This document shows positions 1 through 10,212 of a stretch of DNA of 64,000 nucleotides, in pieces; position 1 is the first letter of the stretch, and each line of letters begins with the position of its first letter. The stretch covers positions 1 through 64,000 of IMG/VR virus record IMGVR_UViG_3300037042_002125. One strand, written 5' to 3'. The notes beneath the pieces are model-generated. The model was not told the origin of the DNA. It saw only the letters and a list, made by a program, of their open reading frames with translations, and ran no database searches. A program made the position numbers and the translations under genes.

Positions 1-30
1 TTGATACCTTGACAAAACTATATGATTTCC

Positions 31-38
31 TATAAATA
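31..38 (+). promoter_or_regulatory. T4 late-promoter-like TATAAATA box
   Basis: Exact TATAAATA 20 nt upstream of ATG 59; related ATAAATAC boxes near 5194 and 11090 also precede genes. Confidence 0.55.
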
Positions 39-58
39 CGTTATTATAAAGGTAACGT

Positions 59-781
59 ATGGCACCATCTAAGGCATTATTGAGTGTAGAGGTATTGAGG
101 GCAATTTACGAATATGGGTTGGGGTGGTTATTAAATGTACCCCTCCAATTTATTTCGCCCAAAGGTGATAATCACCCTGTAATAATTATACCCGGTCTTG
201 GTACATCAGATGGTTCGACACACTTTATCAGACATTTTTTAACAAGTTTAGGTTACGACACTCATCCTTGGGGACTAGGTAGAAATCTGGGACCCAAGGA
301 TGGTATGGATGTACTTCTAGACAAACTAGTTGAAAGAACCGAGTATGTATCAAAGGCATCCGATGGGCAACAAGTCAGTATAATAGGATGGAGTTTGGGT
401 GGTATATACGCACGAGAGATAGCGAAAGTAATTCCCGATACAGTAAGACAAGTGATCACGCTAGGGACACCGTTCAAAGGTACCGACAGTACAAATGCTA
501 CCTTGCTATATGAATTGCTGAGCAAAGACACGAGCCACAAAGATCCCGATATATTAAGGAAAATAGCAGAACCGCCACCTGTGCCGTTTACCTCTATATA
601 TAGCAGAACAGACGGCGTAGTTCATTGGGAATCTTCTATCGAAATATCCGGCGCACAGTACGAAAATATCGAAGTACCCGGTGCATGCCATCTAGGATTA
701 GGTCATAATCCCATATCTATGTTTATTATTGCAAATAGATTATCACAGACAAAAGATAACTGGGCGCCATATAAAATCTAG
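59..781 (+). CDS. alpha/beta hydrolase (lipase/esterase-like)
   Basis: HPVIIIPG oxyanion region, GWSLG nucleophile elbow, TDGVV Asp, CHLGL His. Confidence 0.85.
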   Translation: MAPSKALLSVEVLRAIYEYGLGWLLNVPLQFISPKGDNHPVIIIPGLGTSDGSTHFIRHFLTSLGYDTHPWGLGRNLGPKDGMDVLLDKLVERTEYVSKASDGQQVSIIGWSLGGIYAREIAKVIPDTVRQVITLGTPFKGTDSTNATLLYELLSKDTSHKDPDILRKIAEPPPVPFTSIYSRTDGVVHWESSIEISGAQYENIEVPGACHLGLGHNPISMFIIANRLSQTKDNWAPYKI

Positions 782-796
782 TCCTGCGTCATTAGA

Positions 797-825
797 TTGA
801 CAAAACTTACAACTGTTGCTATAAT
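797..825 (+). promoter_or_regulatory. consensus sigma70 promoter
   Basis: TTGACA-17 bp-TATAAT with extended -10 TG. Confidence 0.9.
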
Positions 826-849
826 ACTACATTAACTAGTTAGGATAGC

Positions 850-1080
850 ATGGAAAAAGATATGTATGTACCCATGAATGAGATGAACCTACATAAAGAT
901 ATTGTTTGGACTTGTACACATCTGAATATTCCTTATTATGAAATTGCCAGAAGAGGCATTGTTATGTGGTGCGTTGATAATTTAGAGGCACACTGGACTA
1001 TGTTGGGTGGTAATAAATTTGGATTTGAAGATAGTACAGATGCATTAATGTTTAAGATACAATTCGGTTTAGGAAGTTAA
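850..1080 (+). CDS. hypothetical phage protein
   Basis: AGGA RBS, follows promoter, tight gene packing. Confidence 0.75.
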   Translation: MEKDMYVPMNEMNLHKDIVWTCTHLNIPYYEIARRGIVMWCVDNLEAHWTMLGGNKFGFEDSTDALMFKIQFGLGS

Positions 1081-1086
1081 TTCATA

Positions 1087-2256
1087 ATGATAAATGTTGC
1101 AAAGACTATTTATTTCGGATGTGATCCGACAAGTCAGTCACACGAGCTACCAGAAGCAGAAGTAATTCCGTATGGCGATTCTAACGCTGAAAGAAAGAAA
1201 CTCGAAGTAATCAGTAATCGATATTCAGATATCAAAGAATATGAAAATATACCTCTGCCGGGTTTTACACTACATAAAACTAAAAATAAGAATTATTCGA
1301 CTAGTACAAAATGGTTAGTTATTGATCCACGTGGAATACTAGTTAGCATAACTACTCAGAACCTAGAAGAGATATTACATGTAACAGGTATCATCGAAGG
1401 ACTAATACAGCAAAAGTGTGTATGGGCAAGAGAAGATTCTGATACAAAGATGAAATTAGTGCCGATAAATTCCGATACATATCTTGAAGCAATTAAAAAT
1501 ACAGAACTACTAGATTGCAAAGTAAACATGCAAGATGTATCCATAGGCGATACCGTTCTTTTGCAGAATGGTTTACAAGGCACATATTTGGGTGTAGCAT
1601 CATTATATGGTACACTGAGTAATTATACAACACCTGCCGAATATAAACCGCAGGCATTTTTACGAAGACAGATTTTAGAAATAAATTCGGACAAATTCTT
1701 TTATAATGCAGATTTAAAGATATTGAAAATTATTAAAAAAGATATTACGGGAATGTCGCGAGCTGATGCCATAAAAAGAATGAACGAAGCAATTCAACGA
1801 AAGAATTCATATTTCGGTAGTTCACAGTATGCAGCAATGACTAATTCACAGTATTTTTCAGGTGACGGTTTGATTAAATATGTATCTGATATTTCTGTTC
1901 CTAAAGTAGATATAACTCTCGAAGAAATAGATATCGTAGAGGCAGCAGTATTATTAGCAGAAGCAAGAGTACGCGAAGATATAGGCACATTAGTATTAGA
2001 GAAAACAAATAAAACTAGATATATAATAGATCTTCCATATATCTGGGGATCTACTATTCCTCCATCTAGTAAATTTAAGGTGTGTAATATAGTTGCTAAT
2101 AAAAATGCAGAAGATATTCATAAAATTACATTGGGTAAAACTAGACGATCTATATTTGCATCAGCTAAACAACAGGCTGCTGATGATTATAATCTGGCAG
2201 ATTTTAAGAAGTTCTATATAATGATCAAGCACGTAAGAAAAGAAACATACATTTAA
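1087..2256 (+). CDS. hypothetical phage protein
   Basis: 389-aa ORF in packed operon. Confidence 0.8.
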   Translation: MINVAKTIYFGCDPTSQSHELPEAEVIPYGDSNAERKKLEVISNRYSDIKEYENIPLPGFTLHKTKNKNYSTSTKWLVIDPRGILVSITTQNLEEILHVTGIIEGLIQQKCVWAREDSDTKMKLVPINSDTYLEAIKNTELLDCKVNMQDVSIGDTVLLQNGLQGTYLGVASLYGTLSNYTTPAEYKPQAFLRRQILEINSDKFFYNADLKILKIIKKDITGMSRADAIKRMNEAIQRKNSYFGSSQYAAMTNSQYFSGDGLIKYVSDISVPKVDITLEEIDIVEAAVLLAEARVREDIGTLVLEKTNKTRYIIDLPYIWGSTIPPSSKFKVCNIVANKNAEDIHKITLGKTRRSIFASAKQQAADDYNLADFKKFYIMIKHVRKETYI

Positions 2257-2264
2257 GGAAAATA

Positions 2265-2705
2265 ATGACAAAGAAAATTGATTTAAACAAGTACACTAAA
2301 TTCGTAGAAGGTGTAACAAGTAAGGCAAGTAATGATTTAACGACCTTTATGGATTCGTTAGATAGATTAGATGGAAATTTTAATACAGTCACCGATATGC
2401 ATGGGCCCGATGTTAATGTTCCTTTATTGCTTACAGCAGCAATGGGTATGTCCGGGGAAACAGGAGAATTTTCTGAAATTGTAAAGAAACTTGTATTTCA
2501 TGGTAAAGAACTTACAGTAGAGACACATCAGCATCTGCAAAAAGAATTAGGCGATGTAATTTGGTACTGGACAAATGCTTGCAGAGCATTAGGTGTAGAT
2601 CCCGATACAATTATTGCAGATAATGTAACTAAATTAGAATCACGCTACCCGGGCGGCAAGTTTGATCCATTCTATAGTGAAAATAGAAAAGATGGAGATA
2701 TTTAA
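2265..2705 (+). CDS. mazG: MazG-like nucleoside triphosphate pyrophosphohydrolase
   Basis: GETGEFSEIVKK and KELGDVIWY (ExxE/ExxD), N..KL..RYP. Confidence 0.9.
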   Translation: MTKKIDLNKYTKFVEGVTSKASNDLTTFMDSLDRLDGNFNTVTDMHGPDVNVPLLLTAAMGMSGETGEFSEIVKKLVFHGKELTVETHQHLQKELGDVIWYWTNACRALGVDPDTIIADNVTKLESRYPGGKFDPFYSENRKDGDI

Positions 2706-2707
2706 CT

Positions 2708-3019
2708 ATGGGTTACTTTAGAAAATTATCAAACAAATTTGTTAATTGGGCAACTTATTCCAACGCTATAGATTCGGGCAAGGTAGCCTCTACAGGAAAC
2801 TGGAAAAAAGGCGCCAATCTTACAAATGGCGAATTTGAGGATTCTTCGGGATTGTCATTTGTAGTGTATTCGGCAAAAAGCGGTGGCAAGATAATTCAGA
2901 CGGTAAATTATGATCGATTAATGGATACTCGAAAAACTGGTTTATATATTATTGCCAGCGAGGAAGATTTCGGTGAAGAACTTGCACAAATCATTACACG
3001 AGAAATGTTGTCACGATAA
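2708..3019 (+). CDS. hypothetical protein
   Basis: ORF coupled to neighbours. Confidence 0.7.
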   Translation: MGYFRKLSNKFVNWATYSNAIDSGKVASTGNWKKGANLTNGEFEDSSGLSFVVYSAKSGGKIIQTVNYDRLMDTRKTGLYIIASEEDFGEELAQIITREMLSR

Positions 3020-3480
3020 TGGATGTCTTGAATGAAAAATGGGCGAGTCGCCTATTAAAAATGGCTAAAGATGTGGCAGTTTGGTCTAAGGATGAGTCGA
3101 CCAAAGTCGGCGCAGTTATTACTACGTTAGATGGGTCTCCTGTCTCTTGGGGATTTAACGGTATGGCAAAAGGTATAGATGATACAGTAGCAGAACGTAA
3201 GGAACGTCCGCTTAAATATAAATGGATGTGTCATGCAGAACGCAATGCTATGGATTTATCTTCGCGTGGCGATTTAACTGATTGCGTTATGTTTGTTACA
3301 TTTTCACCGTGTACTAATTGTGCTCAATCTATTATACAGCGTGGTATTAAGACAGTTGTTATTGACGCAGATTATACCGCAGATAAATCTCCGGAAAGAT
3401 GGCAAGAAGATATGTTTGTTGCGTTAGAAATGATGAAGGAGGCAGGTGTGAAGATTTATGCATATCCTGCCGGAGGTTGA
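3019..3480 (+). CDS. dCMP deaminase
   Basis: HAERNA and PCTNC zinc motifs, SKD.STKVGA. Confidence 0.92.
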   Translation: MDVLNEKWASRLLKMAKDVAVWSKDESTKVGAVITTLDGSPVSWGFNGMAKGIDDTVAERKERPLKYKWMCHAERNAMDLSSRGDLTDCVMFVTFSPCTNCAQSIIQRGIKTVVIDADYTADKSPERWQEDMFVALEMMKEAGVKIYAYPAGG

Positions 3481-3505
3481 CTAATATAACAGGCTATAGT
3501 AAAAT
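3477..3505 (+). promoter_or_regulatory. sigma70-like promoter
   Basis: TTGACT-17 bp-TAAAAT upstream of ATG 3532. Confidence 0.7.
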
Positions 3506-3531
3506 AAACACTTATTAACAGAAAGCGTAAT

Positions 3532-3798
3532 ATGATCAAGCAAATCACAAAGGTAGAATCTCCTAACCTTAAAGAAAAAAATGCAATTCATTCCTTCCGC
3601 GTAACCATCCGTGACCGCGAACATTTTTATAAAATCGTAAACTGGTTGAATACAAATGTTGGGAAAGGTTCGGATAAGTGGACTATGGAAGGCCGTGTAT
3701 TGAAAACCATCTCTACAGGCAAGACTGTTAGTCCGAAAATTTATATTTTCCAAGAAGATTTTGACACAGGATCGGCACTGTATCTTAGTTTAATCTGA
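3532..3798 (+). CDS. hypothetical protein
   Basis: ORF after promoter, coupled to next gene. Confidence 0.7.
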   Translation: MIKQITKVESPNLKEKNAIHSFRVTIRDREHFYKIVNWLNTNVGKGSDKWTMEGRVLKTISTGKTVSPKIYIFQEDFDTGSALYLSLI

Positions 3799-4094
3799 TG
3801 GCATTATATACACCGGGTTTCGTCGTATCCGACGGCATCATTATAGGTATACCTTTTATCGAAAGTATTGATCTTCGCATTGAAGAAGGCGAAGAAATAA
3901 TTGATAAATTAAAAGGTGATGTCAAGTTTAATATAAGAACAACATCTGGAAAAGAATATACGTTGTCGATGTCTCAACATTTGGTCACATTGAAAGATTA
4001 TTCTATTCCTGCCAATGAAAAAGTATTGGGTCAGTCTATTTTAGAAAAATGGTGTCATGTTATGGAGAATAAATGTGGTAACCTTACCCGCTGA
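3798..4094 (+). CDS. hypothetical protein
   Basis: TGATG coupling. Confidence 0.7.
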   Translation: MALYTPGFVVSDGIIIGIPFIESIDLRIEEGEEIIDKLKGDVKFNIRTTSGKEYTLSMSQHLVTLKDYSIPANEKVLGQSILEKWCHVMENKCGNLTR

Positions 4095-4323
4095 TTTTGT
4101 TGCAACCAAATATACGGGATATTTCTGGAACTTAAAAGAACAGAAGCTCTACTCTATTAAGGTAGATGGCATTCTTAAGCCAATAAAGAAATATCCGCCC
4201 AATCAATGGAATCATTTTGTGGATGCATATAGAGTGTCTGTTAAAGGACATCGCCGTGCATTAATGATAGATTATCTAAAGAAACTCGTACCGTCGAATT
4301 CAGTTATACCATTGGAGAAGTAA
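4057..4323 (+). CDS. hypothetical protein (start may be slightly downstream)
   Basis: Packed ORF; GGAG inside 5' end suggests a later GTG start. Confidence 0.65.
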   Translation: MLWRINVVTLPADFVATKYTGYFWNLKEQKLYSIKVDGILKPIKKYPPNQWNHFVDAYRVSVKGHRRALMIDYLKKLVPSNSVIPLEK

Positions 4324-4566
4324 ATGAAGCAAGAAGGCAAATGCATTGTCGGTGACCCAATATCTGTTGATAGCTACACAGCAGATTGGATATCAGTAAA
4401 ATTACATCCTACCATGTTTTACCGCCGCCTAAATGAAATCCAAAAAGGATTCAAATCGGTAAAGGGGCTTTATGCCGAACTCGACATGGGACAATATGTT
4501 GTCCTACGTTTTTCTGAAAAGGATGATGTTACAGCATTCTATAAGCGACATCATATGTATGTATAA
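4324..4566 (+). CDS. hypothetical protein
   Basis: GGAG RBS, abuts neighbours. Confidence 0.7.
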   Translation: MKQEGKCIVGDPISVDSYTADWISVKLHPTMFYRRLNEIQKGFKSVKGLYAELDMGQYVVLRFSEKDDVTAFYKRHHMYV

Positions 4567-5174
4567 TGGACAAATCTCTATACACTGACGAATTTAGGAC
4601 ATTTAAGTTCTTACAGTTTTCGCCTAGTGCTGTAGACTATTATAAGAAAACGACAAAAATATTAAATGGTATACGACCGGAAGACCAGGTAGATAATCCC
4701 GATTTTGTATGGAAGTGTCGTGTCGAGTTTGTAGAGCAATTAATGGATTTTAGAGATAGCTCGCTGCATATAGTCGAGCAACCGAGTCCAAGTAGTAGTC
4801 AGGTAACATTTAAGAACGAACTTATACTACAATACGAGGATGCACGCATATACACGTTAGATAATCCCGTAATCTTCTATGGCCATCCTTTGATGCCTGC
4901 CACAAGAAGATTAGCAGAAGGAAGTGATATATCCGAGATAGAGGATGAAGACAGAATACCCAAATATTATTTATGTTCCGAAGAATATATGATTTCTGTC
5001 AATTTATTAGATAGCAGGATCTTCCCAATTTATCACCCTGGGTTGATAAGATCGGCAACAATAGAAAATTCTTTATTTACTGCTATATTTTATGATAAGG
5101 AATGGGCCGAGAAGTTCCAGAAAGCTTTAACTAAATATTTTAGAAAGAATTCTTCTACTAGCTCAGCATTATAG
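4566..5174 (+). CDS. hypothetical protein
   Basis: TAATG coupling, 202 aa. Confidence 0.75.
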   Translation: MDKSLYTDEFRTFKFLQFSPSAVDYYKKTTKILNGIRPEDQVDNPDFVWKCRVEFVEQLMDFRDSSLHIVEQPSPSSSQVTFKNELILQYEDARIYTLDNPVIFYGHPLMPATRRLAEGSDISEIEDEDRIPKYYLCSEEYMISVNLLDSRIFPIYHPGLIRSATIENSLFTAIFYDKEWAEKFQKALTKYFRKNSSTSSAL

Positions 5175-5217
5175 GGGTTGTAGTAATCTTAACATAAATA
5201 CATCAATAAGGAGTATT

Positions 5218-5466
5218 ATGCACCCTTTTCTAGATGCAAGTAAATTAACGGACGAAGAAATAATTGAACGATTAGGTCGAGCATATACATATATGAACGC
5301 TCAAGTAATGTTAGGACATAATCCTACTGTTCATAGTATCAAAGAAGTAATACAGACATTAGAGGATGTTCGTTTAGAGAGGCAACAAAAGAGTTCAGAA
5401 GATGAATTTAATAAGAAGTATCCTGATAAAAATAAGCCACTCGAATTAGGAAAATTAGATGATTAA
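5218..5466 (+). CDS. hypothetical protein
   Basis: ATAAATA box and GAG-rich RBS upstream. Confidence 0.75.
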   Translation: MHPFLDASKLTDEEIIERLGRAYTYMNAQVMLGHNPTVHSIKEVIQTLEDVRLERQQKSSEDEFNKKYPDKNKPLELGKLDD

Positions 5467-6172
5467 AAAAGGACGCCATCTTATCAAAAGTCATATGACG
5501 TTGGAATATGACTTTACAGGTATTAGGATACGAGATAGTGATCTAATACCCGTAGACTGGAAATTAACTATTGATCTTGTTGCTACCGGAAAAAAAGGTA
5601 AGGCAAAAGAACTCGTAGAATATGACGCAAGCATAACGTATCAAAAGATTTATTTTTGGTTAGATACGAATTTACCAAATATCGTAGTAGTGAATGTAAA
5701 TAATGAAGACGATCTGTATATTGCTAATTTATCGAGCAATATAATGATGTATTGCCCAGATACACCTAACGACGATATGCTTATACAGTTGTTACATTCT
5801 AAGATATCGGCATTAGCATTTCCTAATTTAATGGTGGGAGAGATACATTTAAAAGCAAGTGATACAGCACTCCAATATACATACGATTGCACAGACGGTA
5901 ATTATATACTTCCTATGACAACATCTGAGTATTATGCAGAAGGTACTACTCGCGATAAGATACCTTGGTGGATAAGAGATGACGGATTTTGTTTCGAATT
6001 TGTTAAGCCTCTTGATAATAAATTGACAGACGAAGAACTATTCAAGGATATAGTTGATCCAATGAGCGAGTTTCATCGTATTGTGACAGAAGTAGCAGAA
6101 ATACCTATGAGCATACTAAATGAGCCTGCCAGAATTGTACAGATAGAAAAATGGAAACCAAAGAAAGTTTAA
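5459..6172 (+). CDS. hypothetical phage protein
   Basis: 237-aa ORF overlapping neighbours. Confidence 0.75.
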   Translation: MIKKGRHLIKSHMTLEYDFTGIRIRDSDLIPVDWKLTIDLVATGKKGKAKELVEYDASITYQKIYFWLDTNLPNIVVVNVNNEDDLYIANLSSNIMMYCPDTPNDDMLIQLLHSKISALAFPNLMVGEIHLKASDTALQYTYDCTDGNYILPMTTSEYYAEGTTRDKIPWWIRDDGFCFEFVKPLDNKLTDEELFKDIVDPMSEFHRIVTEVAEIPMSILNEPARIVQIEKWKPKKV

Positions 6173-6684
6173 GAACTAATCTATATGGACAAGCCATACT
6201 CTCTGATACTGACCTCAGAGAGTTGCTACTCCAGGGAAAGAATATAAGTCATTTAAATGTTATATTCAATGAAGAGGTAGATTTATTCAAACAGTATCAA
6301 TCAATGTTACTGCCCGAAACTATTACATTTTTAGATGCCCCTGAGGAGAAGTTAACATTTGATGAGTTCCATCACAAATGTGCAGACGAATGGATATTTC
6401 CAATTATCTATCAGCAAATAGATGTACGTGCGTGGTTATATGATAAATGTACGACACAAGAAGAAATAAATAGAGTAGACGAAGAGTATCTACTTTACGA
6501 GGAACGAGAATTGATTATGCTACTAAGACTATTCATCTTTCTCATTGATTATATGAGAAAGAATAAATTTGTTTGGGGTGTTGGCAGAGGTAGTTCTACT
6601 AGTTCTTATATATTATATTTGATAGGTACACATCGTATTAATTCGATAAAATATAATTTAGATATAAGAGATTTTTTAAAATAG
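6151..6684 (+). CDS. short DnaE (DNA polymerase III alpha)-like fragment
   Basis: R..EE..L...GVGRGSS.SS..LYLIG.H.I.SIKY.L...FL matches DnaE palm region; ends before the PDxD catalytic motif. Confidence 0.8.
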   Translation: METKESLRTNLYGQAILSDTDLRELLLQGKNISHLNVIFNEEVDLFKQYQSMLLPETITFLDAPEEKLTFDEFHHKCADEWIFPIIYQQIDVRAWLYDKCTTQEEINRVDEEYLLYEERELIMLLRLFIFLIDYMRKNKFVWGVGRGSSTSSYILYLIGTHRINSIKYNLDIRDFLK

Positions 6685-6702
6685 TTTTTATAAGGAAAAG
6701 AT

Positions 6703-7029
6703 ATGGCTCGACATGTATCATACAGAGGTGCGACAATAGATATGGAATCTCTAAGTCGCGAAAATGAAAAGATTCCTGCAATTGGTAATATGAAGGTTAA
6801 CGCAAGGGGCGACCAAATTAATCGCGGCGTAATAACAAAAACAGCAGATCAAATAGCAAGAGATAATCATCGCGTTCAAACTATTATTACAAATACGGGG
6901 TTAAAAGGTAAACAGCCTATTGTACCCGATATTCAAATGGAAGCACCTAAGGCGCCTAAAGCAGTTAAGACACCTAAAGTAGCATCTAAAGAAACCGAGT
7001 TACCTTCTGGTGATATTATAGTAGAATAA
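6703..7029 (+). CDS. hypothetical protein
   Basis: AAGGA RBS, 108 aa. Confidence 0.75.
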   Translation: MARHVSYRGATIDMESLSRENEKIPAIGNMKVNARGDQINRGVITKTADQIARDNHRVQTIITNTGLKGKQPIVPDIQMEAPKAPKAVKTPKVASKETELPSGDIIVE

Positions 7030-7030
7030 T

Positions 7031-7204
7031 ATGGACGGCGATATCGAGGGAAATGTGAATGGTGTGAAATACACCATAGGCAAGGCCGTCTTGGAACAAC
7101 TGAAATTGCATAATATTGATGCAGTAAAAGAAGTGGAAGAAGCATTAAATACATTAATTAAAGAAGAAAGGCCTACAGATGCAAATCAAAGCAATGCCCG
7201 GTAA
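7031..7204 (+). CDS. small hypothetical protein (57 aa, below ORF-track cutoff)
   Basis: Manual translation MDGDIEGNVNGVKYTIGKAVLEQLKL...; fills the gap before GroES. Confidence 0.55.
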   Translation: MDGDIEGNVNGVKYTIGKAVLEQLKLHNIDAVKEVEEALNTLIKEERPTDANQSNAR

Positions 7205-7523
7205 AGTACTGGTAACAGATTTAGAACGCGGTTCTAGACTTATAAATGGAATTATTATTCCAGATGATAATGGTAAGAGCGAAGGCATTCGCCCTCGCTG
7301 GGGCCGGGTATATTCGATTGGCGAAGGTATCGATGAAATTTCTGTTGGACAATGGATATTGGTCGAGAATGGTCGCTGGACTCGCATGTTAAAGATAAGA
7401 GAAGACGATGGCACCTATATACAGGTATGGGGTGTAGAATGGCCTAAGTCTGTTATGCTTGTATCGGACGAAGATCCTGATATGAATATATTTTCTGAAT
7501 TTACCACATCACACGCATTTTAG
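7179..7523 (+). CDS. groES: GroES-like co-chaperonin
   Basis: IKAMPGKVLV..GIIIPD..GRVYSIGEG..VGQWIL pattern of Cpn10. Confidence 0.8.
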   Translation: MQIKAMPGKVLVTDLERGSRLINGIIIPDDNGKSEGIRPRWGRVYSIGEGIDEISVGQWILVENGRWTRMLKIREDDGTYIQVWGVEWPKSVMLVSDEDPDMNIFSEFTTSHAF

Positions 7524-7543
7524 GCCTGCATTAGCCGAAAGTC

Positions 7544-7572
7544 TTGCATAGCATGCCTTACTATGCTATTAT
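7544..7572 (+). promoter_or_regulatory. sigma70-like promoter
   Basis: TTGCAT-17 bp-TATTAT with TG extension. Confidence 0.55.
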
Positions 7573-7593
7573 TTGTCAATTAAGAAAGAACAT

Positions 7594-8532
7594 ATGAAGA
7601 ATCTGTGGACAGAAGTATATAGACCCAAGACGATAGGAGACTATGTCTTCAAAGATCAAAAACAAAAGAAACAAATAGAGAAGTGGATAGAGAGTGGTGC
7701 ACTTCCACATATCTTGTTGTCAGGGTCTCCGGGTACGGGTAAATCAACCTTAGTGAAAGTTCTGTTAAATGAACTAGGCGTAGATCCTTTTGATGTATTA
7801 GAAGTAAACGCATCTAGGGATAACGGTGTAGATTTTATTAGAGATACTATTACTCGATTTTCTGAAACAATGGGTGTGGGAGATATAAAGTATATATTTC
7901 TAGATGAAGCAGACGGTCTTTCGGCGCCAGCACAGGGTATTTTGAGAGGCACATTAGAAAAGTATGCAGGATCTGTAAGATTCTTACTTACATGTAATCA
8001 TCCACACAAGATTATAGATGCGATTAAATCCAGATGTGAAATTGGTCGTATGCATATAGAGAAATTAGATACAAGCGAATTTTATATGCGATTGGTTAAT
8101 GTGCTGGATAAAGAAAACGTCGAAATTGACCCAGATGCATTAGAAGCTATAGTACAGAAGACATATCCCGACCTACGCCGCGGGATTAGCATGATTCAGG
8201 CTAATTCCTTCAATGGAAAGCTAAATTCTCCCGACGCAGACTCTGAGGTTGTATCCGATTACAAGACTGATATGGTAGTGTTATTCAAGGCAGGTAGATA
8301 TACAGATGCTCGTAAGCTGATATGCGAAAAAATCAGTAAAGACGAATATGATGATGTATATACATTCATGTATAAGAATTTAGAAATTTGGAGTGAAAAT
8401 GATATAGAACAGAGTAGACTGATTATTGCAATTAGAAATGGATTAATCAATCATACTATGTGTTCTGATATTGAATTAAATCTTAGTGCAACTTTATGTG
8501 AACTTGAAATGATTTCGAAAGGTATTTTATGA
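7594..8532 (+). CDS. sliding clamp loader (RFC small subunit / T4 gp44-like AAA+)
   Basis: WTEVYRP, GSPGTGKS Walker A, LDEAD Walker B, SRC motif; ATG 7594 preferred to TTG 7573. Confidence 0.93.
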   Translation: MKNLWTEVYRPKTIGDYVFKDQKQKKQIEKWIESGALPHILLSGSPGTGKSTLVKVLLNELGVDPFDVLEVNASRDNGVDFIRDTITRFSETMGVGDIKYIFLDEADGLSAPAQGILRGTLEKYAGSVRFLLTCNHPHKIIDAIKSRCEIGRMHIEKLDTSEFYMRLVNVLDKENVEIDPDALEAIVQKTYPDLRRGISMIQANSFNGKLNSPDADSEVVSDYKTDMVVLFKAGRYTDARKLICEKISKDEYDDVYTFMYKNLEIWSENDIEQSRLIIAIRNGLINHTMCSDIELNLSATLCELEMISKGIL

Positions 8533-8885
8533 GTAAAGAAAAAGTTTTTATCGTGTTATCTCACAAACATAATTTAAAGAAGGGTTCTAGAACAGAGTGG
8601 GAAGTTGCAGAATCTGTAGAATTTGTTAATCAGTTAAGAAATAAGCATATCACTATGTCTAGCGCAATCGGCGATTATCTTAATAGAAAGATGATAAGCG
8701 GCGAAAGTAAAGGAATGGGCGATTATGCAAAGTTCGAAGAATATGTATGGAAGAAGTATTCTAAGCAAATGACAGAACTCGAGACTGCCTATAATGCATT
8801 ACGTGTTCCAGAAATTGTCATACCCGAAACAATGATTACTGATTCTTTCGGTAACGTAAGACCACATACGGTATTTGATATATGA
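8529..8885 (+). CDS. hypothetical protein
   Basis: ATGA coupling. Confidence 0.75.
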   Translation: MSKEKVFIVLSHKHNLKKGSRTEWEVAESVEFVNQLRNKHITMSSAIGDYLNRKMISGESKGMGDYAKFEEYVWKKYSKQMTELETAYNALRVPEIVIPETMITDSFGNVRPHTVFDI

Positions 8886-9487
8886 TTAAAGAGAAGATTA
8901 TCTTAACAGATTGCGACGGAGTACTCTGCAACTGGAACGACGGTTTTAATAAGTTCATGGAAGATAAAGGTATGCCACAATTACCCAATACGGATGATCA
9001 ATATCTATTATCGAAAAGGCACAATATTACTTCTGCATATGCTACAGAACTCGTCAGGGAATTTAATGAAGGCCCGAGTATTGCTGATTTGGAACCATTT
9101 GCTGATTCCGTAGAATATGTAGCCCGACTCTCAGATAAAGGTTTTAGATTTATTGTTGTCACAAGTCTTAGTGATGCGCCACATGCCCATTATTATAGAT
9201 CAAAGAATCTGCACAGTATTTTCGGTAGTCATGTATTTAAAGAAATCAATTGTATTGAAATGGGTGCAAGCAAAGCGCATATTTTAAAAAATTGGCAAGA
9301 TACGGGATATTTCTGGATTGAAGATCACATGCGTCAGGCAGAGGCTGGATATGAAGCTGGCCTACAAACAGTATTAATTAGACATCCATATAACGCACAT
9401 TACACAACTGATTTATTTCCAACAGTAAGTTACGAAAGACCGTGGGAAGAAATATATAATATGGTATGTAAGGAGTATAATTTATAA
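8882..9487 (+). CDS. HAD-family phosphatase (5'(3')-deoxyribonucleotidase-like)
   Basis: DCDGV motif I, VVTS, K, IEDH. Confidence 0.85.
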   Translation: MIKEKIILTDCDGVLCNWNDGFNKFMEDKGMPQLPNTDDQYLLSKRHNITSAYATELVREFNEGPSIADLEPFADSVEYVARLSDKGFRFIVVTSLSDAPHAHYYRSKNLHSIFGSHVFKEINCIEMGASKAHILKNWQDTGYFWIEDHMRQAEAGYEAGLQTVLIRHPYNAHYTTDLFPTVSYERPWEEIYNMVCKEYNL

Positions 9488-10212
9488 TGCTTATAAACGT
9501 ATTTTCATTGCATCGCACTGGATCTACCTGGTGGGCACATTATATTAAAAATCAATACCCTGGTAGTAAAATATATAATGAAATATTTAATCAGCTATGG
9601 TATTTTACTATTAATGAGAACGGAAGTTTTACATGGCACAACGAATATAGCGACGGATGCTTCTGGAGAGCACCAAATGCTTCCTGCACAGAAATTGTGC
9701 ATAATTACAGAGAACTTGCAACCAAGGATAATCTTAGATTCGACAGATGGTTAAAATTCTTAGAATTATCTACAGATACAATTATTTGCCATACTCATCT
9801 TTCACCCCTACAAGATGATAAGTATCTTACAGAATTATGCAAGATAGGTAATAAGAACTATTATGTCTATAGAGAAAATATCTTAGAGAAAATAGCATCT
9901 TTCGTAATATTAGAACATACAGGTGAATATACAGTATTTACTAAAGATAGAGCTAATATTAATGTAAAATTTACATATCCTATTATTAACATGAAATCAA
10001 CAGAATGGAAGATATATGAAATATTACATGCTAATGAATTCATAGAAAATAAATTATTTAATTATGAAAGAATTAAATATGAATTTATGCCATTCAACGA
10101 AACAATAGAGGGAATGCCACTAAAACAAAATGTGTCAGCATTCGACAGATTGTGCATTATAGATCAAGAATTAATAAAACAAATATATACAAGGACAAAA
10201 AATGGCAGGTAA
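9487..10212 (+). CDS. sulfotransferase-like protein
   Basis: N-terminal HRTGSTW 5'-PSB loop, NEIF, YREN....AS 3'-PB-like motif, KYE. Confidence 0.65.
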   Translation: MLINVFSLHRTGSTWWAHYIKNQYPGSKIYNEIFNQLWYFTINENGSFTWHNEYSDGCFWRAPNASCTEIVHNYRELATKDNLRFDRWLKFLELSTDTIICHTHLSPLQDDKYLTELCKIGNKNYYVYRENILEKIASFVILEHTGEYTVFTKDRANINVKFTYPIINMKSTEWKIYEILHANEFIENKLFNYERIKYEFMPFNETIEGMPLKQNVSAFDRLCIIDQELIKQIYTRTKNGR

